A stretch of 64,000 nucleotides of DNA from an uncultured Acidobacteriota bacterium (GTDB lineage: Bacteria > Acidobacteriota > Vicinamibacteria > Vicinamibacterales > UBA2999). Under the pieces are notes generated by a model, which did not search any database, was not told where the DNA came from, and saw only the letters and a list, made by a program, of their open reading frames with translations. The position numbers were made by a program, and so were the translations under genes. Of this stretch, positions 22,643-31,642 are shown piece by piece (positions within the stretch are counted from its first letter, which is position 1; each line of letters starts with the position of its first letter). Where the stretch lies: contig CADEDM010000002.1 in the NCBI GenBank assembly GCA_902826065.1, forward strand, positions 2,829 through 66,828, in the 5' to 3' direction.

Positions 22643-24568
22643 TCAGGCCAGCGCTTCGCGCACCGTGCTCAACAGAACGTCCACCGGATACGGCTTCTGC
22701 AGTAGTACCGCGCCGGCGGGCAGCACGCCGTGCCGATCGATGGCGTTGCCCGTGTAGCCGGAGAGGAAGATGACCTTGGCTTCGGGCCGGTGCTCCGCAA
22801 TCCAGGCAGCGACGGCGGTGCCGCTGCGGCCGGGCATGATGACGTCCATCAACACCACGTCGACCGGGCCGCGATGCGCGCGGCAGACTTGTTCGGCTTC
22901 GTCGCCGTTCGCGGCCAGCAGCACGGAGTAGCCGTGCATCTCCAGGACTCGCTGTGCCAGGCCACGAAGAGGCGCCTCGTCCTCGACGACCAGGACGGTC
23001 TCGGTCCCGTAAAGCTCCATCGGGATGTCGGGGGTGGCCGGCGCCTCTTCCCCGACGCCCGCCGTGCCCAGCGGCCAGTAGATCCGGAACGTCGTCCCGA
23101 TGCCGACTTCGCTGTAGACCGAGATGTGCCCTTCGCTCTGCTTGACGATGCCGTACACGGTCGCCAGGCCGAGCCCGGTGCCGCGGCCGCGTTCCTTCGT
23201 CGTGAAGAACGGCTCGAAGAGGCGCGCGCGCACGTCCGGCGTCATGCCCGTGCCGGTGTCGCTGACCGACATCAGGACGTAGTGGCCGGGCTTGAGGTCG
23301 AGGTGCAGGCTGGCGTAGGCCTCGTCGAGACGCGCCGGCCCGGTTTCGATCGTGATGGTGCCGCCATTCGGCATGGCATCCCGCGCGTTGATCACGAGAT
23401 TGAGCATGACCTGCTCCAGCTGGCCGGGATCGGCGCGGATCGACGGCAGGCCCGGTGCGAGCGTCAGGTCCATCTGGATGTGCTTCTCGACCGCCCGCCG
23501 CAGCATGTTCGAGCTGCTCGAGAGCAGGTCGTTCAGGTCGACCTGTCGTGGCTGCACCACCTGCCGCCGGCTGAAGGTCAGGAGCTGGCGCGTGAGGGCC
23601 GTGGCGCTGGCGCCGGCGTGGCGGATCTCGTTCAGGTCTTCCAGCGCCTGAGGGTCGTCTGCCAGCCGCGGGGTCAGCACCTCGCAGTAGCCGCTGACGA
23701 TCGTCATCAGGTTGTTGAAGTCGTGCGCGATGCCGGCGGCGAGTCCGCCCACGGCGTCGAGTTTCTGCGCCTGGTGGAACTGCTCCTCGAGGTTCTTCTG
23801 GGCCGTCACGTCCAGCACGACGCCGGCGGCGCGGGCCGGATGACCCTGCTCATCGAACATCGTGCGGCCGAAGCCGGCGAGCCAGTGGACGCTGCCGTCC
23901 GGCCAGGTCGTGCGGTACTCGAGGGGGACGCCATTGGGATTGCGTAGCGCGGCGATGATGTTCGCCGCGACGCGCCCGCGATCGTCGGGATGCACGCACT
24001 CGAGGAACTTCTCGCGGGTGCCGCCGAAACCGCCGGGCGGCAGCCCGTGCAGGCGCTCCATCACGTCCGACCATTGCGTCACGCCGGTGACGGCATCGGC
24101 CTCCCAGAGCCCGACGCCTGCGGCGGTCACGGCGAAGTGCATCCGTTCGCGCGTCTGCTGCAGCTCGGCTTCGGCGTTGCGACGCTGCCGTCGTCCCTCG
24201 GCCTCCCGCAGCTCCCGGTCGATGGCGGGCACCAGGCGCGCGAGGCGCCCTTTCAGCATGAAGTCCACGGCGCCACCCGTCAGCGCCTCGACCGCGGCCT
24301 CTTCGCCGATCGTGCCCGACACGATCATGAGCGGCACGTCGAGCCCGGATCGCCGCAGGACCTGCAGCGCTTCGACCCCGCTGAAGGTCGGCATGTCGAA
24401 GTCCGAGACGATGACGTCCCAGGTGCGACTGAGCAGTGCACCGTGCATGGCCTCCGCCGTGTCCACGCGCACGTGGGTGACGTCGAACTCCCGTTCGAGC
24501 TCGGCGAGAAGGAGCAGGGCATCGTCCTCGCAGTCCTCGACGACCAGGACTCTCAGCGGCCGTTTCAT
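22643..24568 (-). CDS. Hybrid histidine kinase (REC-PAS-HisKA-HATPase-REC)
   Basis: The start is set to ATG 24568 (MKRPLRVLVVEDCEDD), with an ATGA overlap on the upstream kinase stop. H box GIAHDFNNLMTIV, G boxes SDTGTGM and GTGLGLATV. The C-terminal receiver contains VVLMDVIMPGRSG. Confidence 0.9.
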   Translation of the reverse strand: MKRPLRVLVVEDCEDDALLLLAELEREFDVTHVRVDTAEAMHGALLSRTWDVIVSDFDMPTFSGVEALQVLRRSGLDVPLMIVSGTIGEEAAVEALTGGAVDFMLKGRLARLVPAIDRELREAEGRRQRRNAEAELQQTRERMHFAVTAAGVGLWEADAVTGVTQWSDVMERLHGLPPGGFGGTREKFLECVHPDDRGRVAANIIAALRNPNGVPLEYRTTWPDGSVHWLAGFGRTMFDEQGHPARAAGVVLDVTAQKNLEEQFHQAQKLDAVGGLAAGIAHDFNNLMTIVSGYCEVLTPRLADDPQALEDLNEIRHAGASATALTRQLLTFSRRQVVQPRQVDLNDLLSSSSNMLRRAVEKHIQMDLTLAPGLPSIRADPGQLEQVMLNLVINARDAMPNGGTITIETGPARLDEAYASLHLDLKPGHYVLMSVSDTGTGMTPDVRARLFEPFFTTKERGRGTGLGLATVYGIVKQSEGHISVYSEVGIGTTFRIYWPLGTAGVGEEAPATPDIPMELYGTETVLVVEDEAPLRGLAQRVLEMHGYSVLLAANGDEAEQVCRAHRGPVDVVLMDVIMPGRSGTAVAAWIAEHRPEAKVIFLSGYTGNAIDRHGVLPAGAVLLQKPYPVDVLLSTVREALA

Positions 24569-25674
24569 CGCGTGCTCTCTCCCGGGCACGCCGCGGGCGG
24601 CGTGAGTGTGAATCGGAGCGTCGTGCCGTGGCCGGGGCGCCCGTCGATGGCGACGCGGCCGCCGTGCCGCTCGACGATCTGGTGCACGATCGCGAGCCCG
24701 ATGCCGATGCCTGAGAACTCCGCGGCGGGGTGCAGCCGTTGGAACGGCCGAAACAGCTTGCCGGCGTACGCCGGGTCGAAGCCGAGGCCGTGGTCCTGCA
24801 CGACGTACTCGGGGCCGTCGGCCGTGTCATGGACGTCGATGTCGATCGTCGGCACGGCGCCCGCCGCGACGAACTTGCAGGAGTTGTCCAGCACCCGCTC
24901 GAACAGCTTCTGCGTGAGCCCAGGGTCGACGACGGCCTCGACGCCGGTGGGCGCGGTCACCACCGGACGCGTCGGATAGGCGCGCCCGACGGTGGCCGCC
25001 GCCGCCTGGATCTGCGCGGACACGTTCGTCGGCGCCGGGGCGAAGGCCACGCGCGACACTCGCGACAGGTCCAGCAGGCCGTCGATCATCTCCGCCAGCT
25101 TGCGCGCCGCGGCGCGGACGCGCTGCATGTAGTCCGCCGGCTTGCCCTCGAGCGAGGGGCCCAGGGTCTCGGCCAGGGCGCTGCTGAAGCCGTCGATCGC
25201 GCGCAGCGGCGCCCGCAGGTCATGCGAGACGGCATAGACCAGCGCGTCGAGATCGCGGCGCAGGCGGACGACCTCGTGTCCGGCCCTTCGTTCACGACGG
25301 GAGCGGGCGGCGAGCGCCTCGATCGTCGCCGTTGCGACCGCGGCGTCCGCCCCGTCGACGACGGCATCGGCTCCGGCTCGCAAGGCGTCGGCTCGGGCTG
25401 CCCCGTGCTGCGGTGACAGCACCACGACCACCGGGACGGTCTCGCCGCCTGCACGCTGCCGGATCCGGCAACAGGCGTCGGAGGCCTGGTTCGGACCCTC
25501 GCAGGCCTCGATCACGATCGCCTCGGCGTCGTCGATCGCCACGTGGTCGATCTCGCCGGGCCCGACCACCCGCACAGAGGACGGGAGCGCATGCGCGAGG
25601 CCGACGCCTCGACTCGTCGGCGCGCCCGGTGGGTTCAGGCACGGCTCGAGGGCGGGGGACGGCGGCACGGTCAC
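24565..25674 (-). CDS. Cytoplasmic histidine kinase (HisKA-HATPase) with short receiver-like N-terminal remnant
   Basis: H box YAVSHDLRAPLRAIDGFSSAL, N box VLDNSCKF, G boxes DHGLGF and GIGIGLAIV. The start is set to GTG 25674, which forms a GTGA overlap with the upstream gene stop. The track ORF extends 35 codons further into that gene. Confidence 0.82.
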   Translation of the reverse strand: MTVPPSPALEPCLNPPGAPTSRGVGLAHALPSSVRVVGPGEIDHVAIDDAEAIVIEACEGPNQASDACCRIRQRAGGETVPVVVVLSPQHGAARADALRAGADAVVDGADAAVATATIEALAARSRRERRAGHEVVRLRRDLDALVYAVSHDLRAPLRAIDGFSSALAETLGPSLEGKPADYMQRVRAAARKLAEMIDGLLDLSRVSRVAFAPAPTNVSAQIQAAAATVGRAYPTRPVVTAPTGVEAVVDPGLTQKLFERVLDNSCKFVAAGAVPTIDIDVHDTADGPEYVVQDHGLGFDPAYAGKLFRPFQRLHPAAEFSGIGIGLAIVHQIVERHGGRVAIDGRPGHGTTLRFTLTPPAACPGESTR

Positions 25675-26873
25675 GAGCGACCCTCGGCCACCGCGGCCGC
25701 GCCAGCGACCTGACGTGGCGGCAACGGCTCGAACTCGGTCACCTGGGACACCAGCACCTTCACCTGCGTGCGGAGCCACTCGGTCGAGGCCATGCGCATC
25801 ATGCGGGCCAGCATCGCCTCGCTGACTTCCTGCCCACGGGCCATGATCAGGACGCCGTTGGCGGCCTTCAGGTCCTCGTCGAGAATCATGCCGGGGCGCA
25901 GCACGGCACTCGACATCGTGCGCGGCGTCAGCGCGCGCAGGTCCGCGTCGACGTCCGACAGGCAGCGGATGAGTGCGGGATCGACGTCGGCGGGCCGCCG
26001 CACCAGCAGTGCGATGGCGTCGGCGGCAGGCTGCCCATCGGCGGTGGCGGCCTCGAACTCGAGGGCCGCGCGCAGCACCTGACCTCCGAACTTGATCCGG
26101 TCGCGCTGATCGAAGGGCGTCCGCAGGTCCTCCGGGTCGAGCGGCGCCGACTGCCGCGCGATGATCGCCGCCAGTTGCTCGAAGCGCGGAATGTGCCCCA
26201 GGAGCTGCTGGGCCAGCGCCGCGTGATCGGGACCCTCCGCTTCCGCGGGCGCGTCGGTGCCGAGGACGACGCGTCCGAACTGCGACAGCATGGCCGCGAC
26301 CTCGAGCTCCCAGGCGTCCCTGAGGCCGAGCTTACGAATCATGTGCCGCACGCAGCGCCGCATCCGATAGGCGCGCGTCGACACCGTGGGGTTGACGAGC
26401 GTCAGGGTGTCCATGAGCACCCGCACTACGCCGCTCACCGTTTCTTCCAGCAGCTCGCGCTCGGCGACGATGAGCTGGTGCTGGCGCAACGCGGCACCGA
26501 CCGTCTCGACCAGGACCGCCGGCAGGCACGGCTTGGTGAGGAAGCGGAACAGGGCGCCGCAGTTCACGGCGTCGATCGCCGAGGCAACGTCGGCCCCGCC
26601 GGTCAACATCACGCGCACGGTCGCGGGATGGATCGCCTTCACCCGCTCGAGGAAGCGGATGCCGTCGAGGCCCGGCATCTTGTAGTCGGAGACGACGACC
26701 GCGTACGGCCCGTGATGCGTCACGCGCTCCAGCGCCGCGGCCGGATCGCTCATCGTCTCGATCTCGACGCTGCGCCGGTCGGAGTCGTCGCCCGGGCCGT
26801 TCGGCTGGAGGAACCGGCGGTAGGCCTTCAGGAGTTGGTCTTCGTCATCGACCAGCAGAACACGTTCGATCAT
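25671..26873 (-). CDS. Response regulator with degenerate HD-GYP-like output domain
   Basis: The start is set to ATG 26873 (MIERVLLVDDEDQLL). Receiver motifs VVVSDYKMPGLDG and FRFLTKP. The output domain aligns to HD-GYP. The His-Asp positions read STRAYRMRR and AAMLSQFGRVVL, where the neighbouring paralog has HSRRV and ALLHDIGKMGV. Confidence 0.84.
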   Translation of the reverse strand: MIERVLLVDDEDQLLKAYRRFLQPNGPGDDSDRRSVEIETMSDPAAALERVTHHGPYAVVVSDYKMPGLDGIRFLERVKAIHPATVRVMLTGGADVASAIDAVNCGALFRFLTKPCLPAVLVETVGAALRQHQLIVAERELLEETVSGVVRVLMDTLTLVNPTVSTRAYRMRRCVRHMIRKLGLRDAWELEVAAMLSQFGRVVLGTDAPAEAEGPDHAALAQQLLGHIPRFEQLAAIIARQSAPLDPEDLRTPFDQRDRIKFGGQVLRAALEFEAATADGQPAADAIALLVRRPADVDPALIRCLSDVDADLRALTPRTMSSAVLRPGMILDEDLKAANGVLIMARGQEVSEAMLARMMRMASTEWLRTQVKVLVSQVTEFEPLPPRQVAGAAAVAEGRS

Positions 26874-27163
26874 CCCCGATGCCCCTTCGAAACCTGGCCC
26901 TGGGTCCTGTCCGCTGACACTCACTCTTTCGGCAATCACGGCGATTCCCTGTAAAACACCGGCGAATTCAGGCGCGTCGCGCGCGTGTCGGGGCGTGGTC
27001 GAGCTGCCGCGTCATGCAGCGGCAGGCACACCGTGACTGGCGCGACGGCCGTCGAGGGCATGCGACGGGTGCCGTGCTGGTGTATCGCCACGAGTCGCCG
27101 ATAGCACGGGTGACGCAACCGCGCCGCCCCCTTGAACACGGCAGCACTGCACGCGAGGACGAC

Positions 27164-27583
27164 ATGCCAACGCAGCTCATCCTGTTGGTGGAAGACAACC
27201 CTGACGACGAGGAGCTCACGCTCCGGGCTCTGAGGAAGCAGAACATCGCCAACGAGATCGTCGTGGCCCGCGATGGCGCCGAAGCCGTCGACTACCTGAC
27301 AAACGCCGACAAGCCGCTACCCAATCTCGTGCTGCTCGACCTCAACCTGCCCAAGATTGGCGGCCTGCAGGTCCTGCAGCGGCTGCGCAGCGAGGCGCGC
27401 ACGCAGTACCTGCCCGTCGTCCTGCTCACGTCGTCGGACGAAGATCGCGACCTCATCGACGGCTACCGGCTCGGCGCCAACAGCTACGTGCGCAAGCCCG
27501 TGGACTTCAACCAGTTCGTGGAGGCGGTGCGCAGCCTCGGCCTCTACTGGCTGGTGCTCAACCAGGTGCCGCCGCGCCCGTAA
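27164..27583 (+). CDS. Single-domain response regulator (CheY/Rcp1-like)
   Basis: The start is set to ATG 27164 (MPTQLILLVEDNPDDEEL). Further motifs are LVLLDLNLPKIGG, VVLLTSSDE and NSYVRKP. It has no output domain. Confidence 0.9.
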   Translation: MPTQLILLVEDNPDDEELTLRALRKQNIANEIVVARDGAEAVDYLTNADKPLPNLVLLDLNLPKIGGLQVLQRLRSEARTQYLPVVLLTSSDEDRDLIDGYRLGANSYVRKPVDFNQFVEAVRSLGLYWLVLNQVPPRP

Positions 27584-27596
27584 CCCCGAGGTCGAC

Positions 27597-29576
27597 ATGC
27601 GACTCCGACTCGCGCTCGTATTCACGATGGTCCTGCCGGCGGCGCTGGCAGCCCAGTCGGGACCGGGAAGCTCACTGGGCGACCTCAGTCTCGACCAGCT
27701 CGGCACCCTCGAGGTCACGAGTGTGTCGAAACAGCCGGCCGAGGTGTGGCGCACCCCGGCGGCGATCGTGGTGATGACGGCGGAGGACATCCGGCGGACT
27801 GGCGCGACCAGCCTGCCGGAGGTCCTGCGCTACGTCCCCGGCCTGCAGGTGGCGCGACTCGACTCCGGGCACTGGGCCGTCGGCGTCCGCGGGCTGTCCA
27901 GCGCCTTCTCGAAGTCGCTGCTCGTCCTCATCGACGGCCGCAGCGTCTACACGCCGCTCTTCGGCGGAGTGTTCTGGCAGACCCAGGACACGCTGCTCGA
28001 AGACATCGACCGCATCGAGGTCATTCGCGGCCCCGGCGGCACGGTCTGGGGCGCCAACGCCGTCAACGGCGTGATCAACGTGATCACGAAGGACAGCAGG
28101 GACACCACCGGTGCGCTGGCCAGTGTCGGCGGCGGCAACGTGGATCAGGCGCGGGTCGCGGTCCGGTATGGCGGCCAGCGGGGCAACAACCTTCACTATC
28201 GCGTCTACGGCGCCGGCTTCACCAGGGCCGCGCTGTCGGAGGCGCCCGGCAGCCGGTTCGACGACTGGCGCATCGCGCAGGCGGGAGCCCGCGTCGACAC
28301 GTCGTGGCGCCAGGGCTCGCTGACCGTGCAGGGCGATCTGTATCGCGGCGAGGCCGGCGACCGCGTGGCCCTCGGGTCGTTCAATCCGCCGTCACGGCTC
28401 GTGCTGCAGGGCGCGGACCAGATCTGGGGCGGCAACATCCTAGCCCGCTGGCAGCGCCAGACCAGCGACGGCGGCGGGCTCCGTGTCCAGACCTACTACG
28501 ATCGCACCGAACGGCAGGCGCTGCATTTCGGCGAGACGCGCCACGCTCTCGATGTCGACCTGCTGTATCACCGGTCGCTTGGCCGGCGGCACCACGTGTC
28601 GTGGGGCGCCGGCGCACGTCGCAGCCCGACGGAGTTCCGGGCGCTGTATCCGACCCTGACCCTCGATCGCCCGACGCGGGCCTACTGGCTCGCCTCGACC
28701 TTCGCCCAGGACGAGATGGCGGTCGTCGCGGATCGACTGTGGCTCACCGTCGGATCGAAGTTCGAATACAACAACAACTCCGGCATGGAAGTGCAGCCGA
28801 GCGCCCGCCTGCTGTGGCGCCCCAGCGCGACGCAGTCGGTGTGGCTCGCGGCGAGCCGCGCGGTCCGGACGCCGTCGAGCATCGATACCGACCTGCGCCT
28901 GACGGGCTTCGTCCAGCCGAACCCGCCGCTGTACCTCGAGTTGTCGGGCCGGCCGGACTTCGAGGCCGAGACCCTGATCGGATACGAGGCGGGCTACCGC
29001 CGCCTGATCGGATCGCACCTGTACGTCGACGTGACCGGCTTCTACAACGACTACGACGACCTGGCGGGCTTCGGCTCGCTGACGTTCACCGTGGAGCCGC
29101 AGCCGGTGCCACACATCCTCGCCGCCGTGGGCTATGCCAACATCATCGGCGGCACGACCACCGGTGTCGAAGTTTCGCCCGACTGGCGGCCGGCCGACTG
29201 GCTGCAGGTCAAGGCCGCCTACGCCGTGCTCTCGGTCGACATGGAGACGCACGCGGGCTTCACCGACGCGTCGAGCATCGCGTCGTACGAGGGCTCGAGC
29301 CCTCGGCATCAGGGCTCGGTGCGCGTGTCGCTCGCGCTGCCTCACCGCGTCGGCCTCGACCTGACGCACCGCTTCTCGAGCCGGCTGATGTCCGGCCGGG
29401 TTCCCGCCTACCAGACCGCGGACGCCCGCCTGGAGTGGGCATTCTCCGACCGCGTCTCCCTGGCCGTGGGCGGCGCCAACCTGCTGGAAGCACGGCACCT
29501 CGAGTACTTCCGTGACGACGGTCCGGATGTCCAGGTGCCACGCAGCGCCTACGCCTCGCTCACATGGCGACGGTGA
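27597..29576 (+). CDS. TonB-dependent outer-membrane receptor
   Basis: The start is set to ATG 27597 (MRLRLALVFTMVLPAALAAQ, signal peptide). Plug motifs TPAAIVVMTAEDIRRTGATSLPEVLRYVPGLQV and IEVIRGPGGTVWGANAVNGVINVITK, followed by a beta-barrel region. It begins 13 nt after the REC gene. Confidence 0.9.
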   Translation: MRLRLALVFTMVLPAALAAQSGPGSSLGDLSLDQLGTLEVTSVSKQPAEVWRTPAAIVVMTAEDIRRTGATSLPEVLRYVPGLQVARLDSGHWAVGVRGLSSAFSKSLLVLIDGRSVYTPLFGGVFWQTQDTLLEDIDRIEVIRGPGGTVWGANAVNGVINVITKDSRDTTGALASVGGGNVDQARVAVRYGGQRGNNLHYRVYGAGFTRAALSEAPGSRFDDWRIAQAGARVDTSWRQGSLTVQGDLYRGEAGDRVALGSFNPPSRLVLQGADQIWGGNILARWQRQTSDGGGLRVQTYYDRTERQALHFGETRHALDVDLLYHRSLGRRHHVSWGAGARRSPTEFRALYPTLTLDRPTRAYWLASTFAQDEMAVVADRLWLTVGSKFEYNNNSGMEVQPSARLLWRPSATQSVWLAASRAVRTPSSIDTDLRLTGFVQPNPPLYLELSGRPDFEAETLIGYEAGYRRLIGSHLYVDVTGFYNDYDDLAGFGSLTFTVEPQPVPHILAAVGYANIIGGTTTGVEVSPDWRPADWLQVKAAYAVLSVDMETHAGFTDASSIASYEGSSPRHQGSVRVSLALPHRVGLDLTHRFSSRLMSGRVPAYQTADARLEWAFSDRVSLAVGGANLLEARHLEYFRDDGPDVQVPRSAYASLTWRR

Positions 29577-30127
29577 TCGGAAGGCGGACCGCGCGTGCGC
29601 TGGTGGCTGTCGCCATCCTGCAGGGGTTCTGGCCGCTGTCGGCGCACGCGCAGCGTGTGTCGGAGTATCAAGTGAAGGCGGCCTTCCTCCAGAACTTCGC
29701 GAAGTTCGTCGAGTGGCCGGCCACGGGCGAGGGGGGCGAGTTCCACCTGTGCATCCTGGGCGACGATCCGTTCGGCCATTGGATCGACGAGGCCACGTCC
29801 GGCACGCGGGTGAAGAACCGACCGGTCGTGGTGCGGCGCATTCGCCAGGTCGAGGAAGCCGCCGGTTGTCAGACGGTGTTCATCAGCGCCTCGGAGAACA
29901 CGCGGGTACGCGTGGTGCTCGATGGCCTCCGGCCGGCAGCCGTCCTGACCGTCAGTGACGTGCCGCAGTTCGTCGACCGTGGCGGGATGATTGGCTTCAC
30001 CACGACGGCGGGGCGCATTCGCTTCATCGCGAACCCGGCCGTCGCCCGCGCCGCGGGCCTGCAACTCGCGTCGGAGCTGCTGCGCGTCGCCGCCAGCGTC
30101 GTTGGCCAGGCGACTCCCAAGGAGTGA
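29564..30127 (+). CDS. YfiR-family periplasmic protein (DUF4154)
   Basis: A signal peptide followed by EYQVKAAFLQNFAKFVEWP, which I recognise as the YfiR/DUF4154 signature. It overlaps the TonB-receptor stop by 13 nt. Confidence 0.82.
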   Translation: MATVIGRRTARALVAVAILQGFWPLSAHAQRVSEYQVKAAFLQNFAKFVEWPATGEGGEFHLCILGDDPFGHWIDEATSGTRVKNRPVVVRRIRQVEEAAGCQTVFISASENTRVRVVLDGLRPAAVLTVSDVPQFVDRGGMIGFTTTAGRIRFIANPAVARAAGLQLASELLRVAASVVGQATPKE

Positions 30128-30128
30128 C

Positions 30129-31616
30129 GTGGTGTCGCGCCTCGCCCCCCGTTCCGTCCCGCAGATCGCCCGCAAGCTGACGCGGCTCAGCCTGCTGGCC
30201 AGCACGACCGCCTTGTTGCTGGCGGGCCTGATCCTCGTCGTCTACGACGTCAGGACGTTTCGCGAGACGATGCGGCAGCAGCGGTCGATTCAGGCACAGA
30301 TCATCGGCTCGAACACGACGACCGCCCTGATGTTCGAGGACCCGTCCGCCGCCGAGCGGACCCTGAACGCCCTCCGGGCAGCGCCGCGCATCGAGGTCGG
30401 CGCCGTCTACGCCAGTGACGGCCGTCTGTTCGCCTCGTACGTCCGCAACGAGGGGTTGGCAGCGCCCAGCCTGCCCGAGATCCCTCCGGAGACGCCCACG
30501 TGGCACCGTTTCGACGGGCTGACGCACCTGCACGTCGTCCATCGCGTCGACGACGACGGCACGCCGCTCGGCACCGTCTACATCCGGTCCGACCTCGGCG
30601 ATCTGCGGGAGCGGCTGGCCACGCATGGACTGGTCATCACCTTCGTGCTGCTGCTGTCGGTCGTCGCCGCTCAGGTGGTCTCGGCGGTGTCCCGCCGGAG
30701 CATCTCCGAGCCCATCGTGGCCATGGCCGATACCGCCCGCCGGCTCTTCGTCGACGAGGACTACTCAGTACGGGTCACGGCCACGGCGTCCGACGAACTG
30801 GGCGAGCTCATCACGGCGTTCAACGCCATGCTCGCGCGGGTCGAAGATCGCGATCGGTCGTTGCGCGAGAGTCACGAGCTGCTCGAGGAACGGGTGCGCT
30901 CGCGTACCCATGCGCTCGATGAGTCGAACAAGGAGCTCGAGGCCTTCTGCTACTCGGTGTCGCACGACCTCCGCTCGCCGCTGCGCGGCATCGACGGCTT
31001 CAGTGCGGCTCTCCTCGAGGACCTCGGCGACAAGCTCGACGCCACGTCCGTGAGCCATCTGCACCGCATTCGCGCCGCCTCCCAGCGCATGGGCACGCTC
31101 ATCGACGACCTGCTCAGCCTGTCCCGGGTCAGTCGCTCGGAGCTGGCGATGAAGCCGGTGAACCTGTCGGCGCTGGCCGCGACCGTCGTGGCGGAACTGC
31201 GGGCGGGCCATCCCGACCGGGTGGTCGAGGTCGTGATTGCCGACGGGCTCGAGGCCGTCGGCGATGCTCGTCTTCTGCGTCAGGTGCTCGACAACCTGAT
31301 CGGCAACGCCTGGAAGTTCAGCTCCAAGCGGCCGGACGCCCGGATCGAGATCGGCGCACAGCCCGGGGCCGGCGGCCTCGAGTTCTACGTGAAGGACAAC
31401 GGCGCCGGGTTCGATCCGGCCTTCGTCGATCGGCTGTTCGGCGTCTTCCAGCGCCTGCACTCCATGACGGAGTTCCCAGGCACCGGCGTCGGTCTCGCGA
31501 TCGTCGAGCGCGTCATCCGCCGGCATGGCGGCCGGATCCAGGCTGACGCCGCCGTTGGCCACGGCGCCACCTTCCGCTTCACGCTGCCGGCCGTGCCCCA
31601 CGAGCGCGCCGCCTAG
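30129..31616 (+). CDS. Sensor histidine kinase with YfiN-type (CHASE8-like) periplasmic domain, HAMP, HisKA, HATPase
   Basis: GTG start 1 nt after the yfiR-like stop. Between two TM helices lies ALMFEDPSAAERTLNALRAAPRIEVGAVYASDGRLFASY, which resembles the YfiN/DgcN periplasmic domain as I recall it. HAMP ELGELITAFNAMLARVEDRD, H box YSVSHDLRSPLRGIDGFSAAL, G2 GTGVGLAIV. Confidence 0.87.
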   Translation: MVSRLAPRSVPQIARKLTRLSLLASTTALLLAGLILVVYDVRTFRETMRQQRSIQAQIIGSNTTTALMFEDPSAAERTLNALRAAPRIEVGAVYASDGRLFASYVRNEGLAAPSLPEIPPETPTWHRFDGLTHLHVVHRVDDDGTPLGTVYIRSDLGDLRERLATHGLVITFVLLLSVVAAQVVSAVSRRSISEPIVAMADTARRLFVDEDYSVRVTATASDELGELITAFNAMLARVEDRDRSLRESHELLEERVRSRTHALDESNKELEAFCYSVSHDLRSPLRGIDGFSAALLEDLGDKLDATSVSHLHRIRAASQRMGTLIDDLLSLSRVSRSELAMKPVNLSALAATVVAELRAGHPDRVVEVVIADGLEAVGDARLLRQVLDNLIGNAWKFSSKRPDARIEIGAQPGAGGLEFYVKDNGAGFDPAFVDRLFGVFQRLHSMTEFPGTGVGLAIVERVIRRHGGRIQADAAVGHGATFRFTLPAVPHERAA

Positions 31617-31642
31617 CGCGGCGGCTCACGCGCGACCGCCCC

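Noticed and set aside
24565-25674. Calling the N-terminus of the small kinase a phosphomimetic pseudo-receiver (Glu at the acceptor position in AIVIEACEGP)
   Set aside because: The segment is too short for a full receiver fold, because the alpha1-beta2-alpha2 region seems to be missing. My by-eye alignment is not reliable, so I describe it only as a receiver-like remnant.
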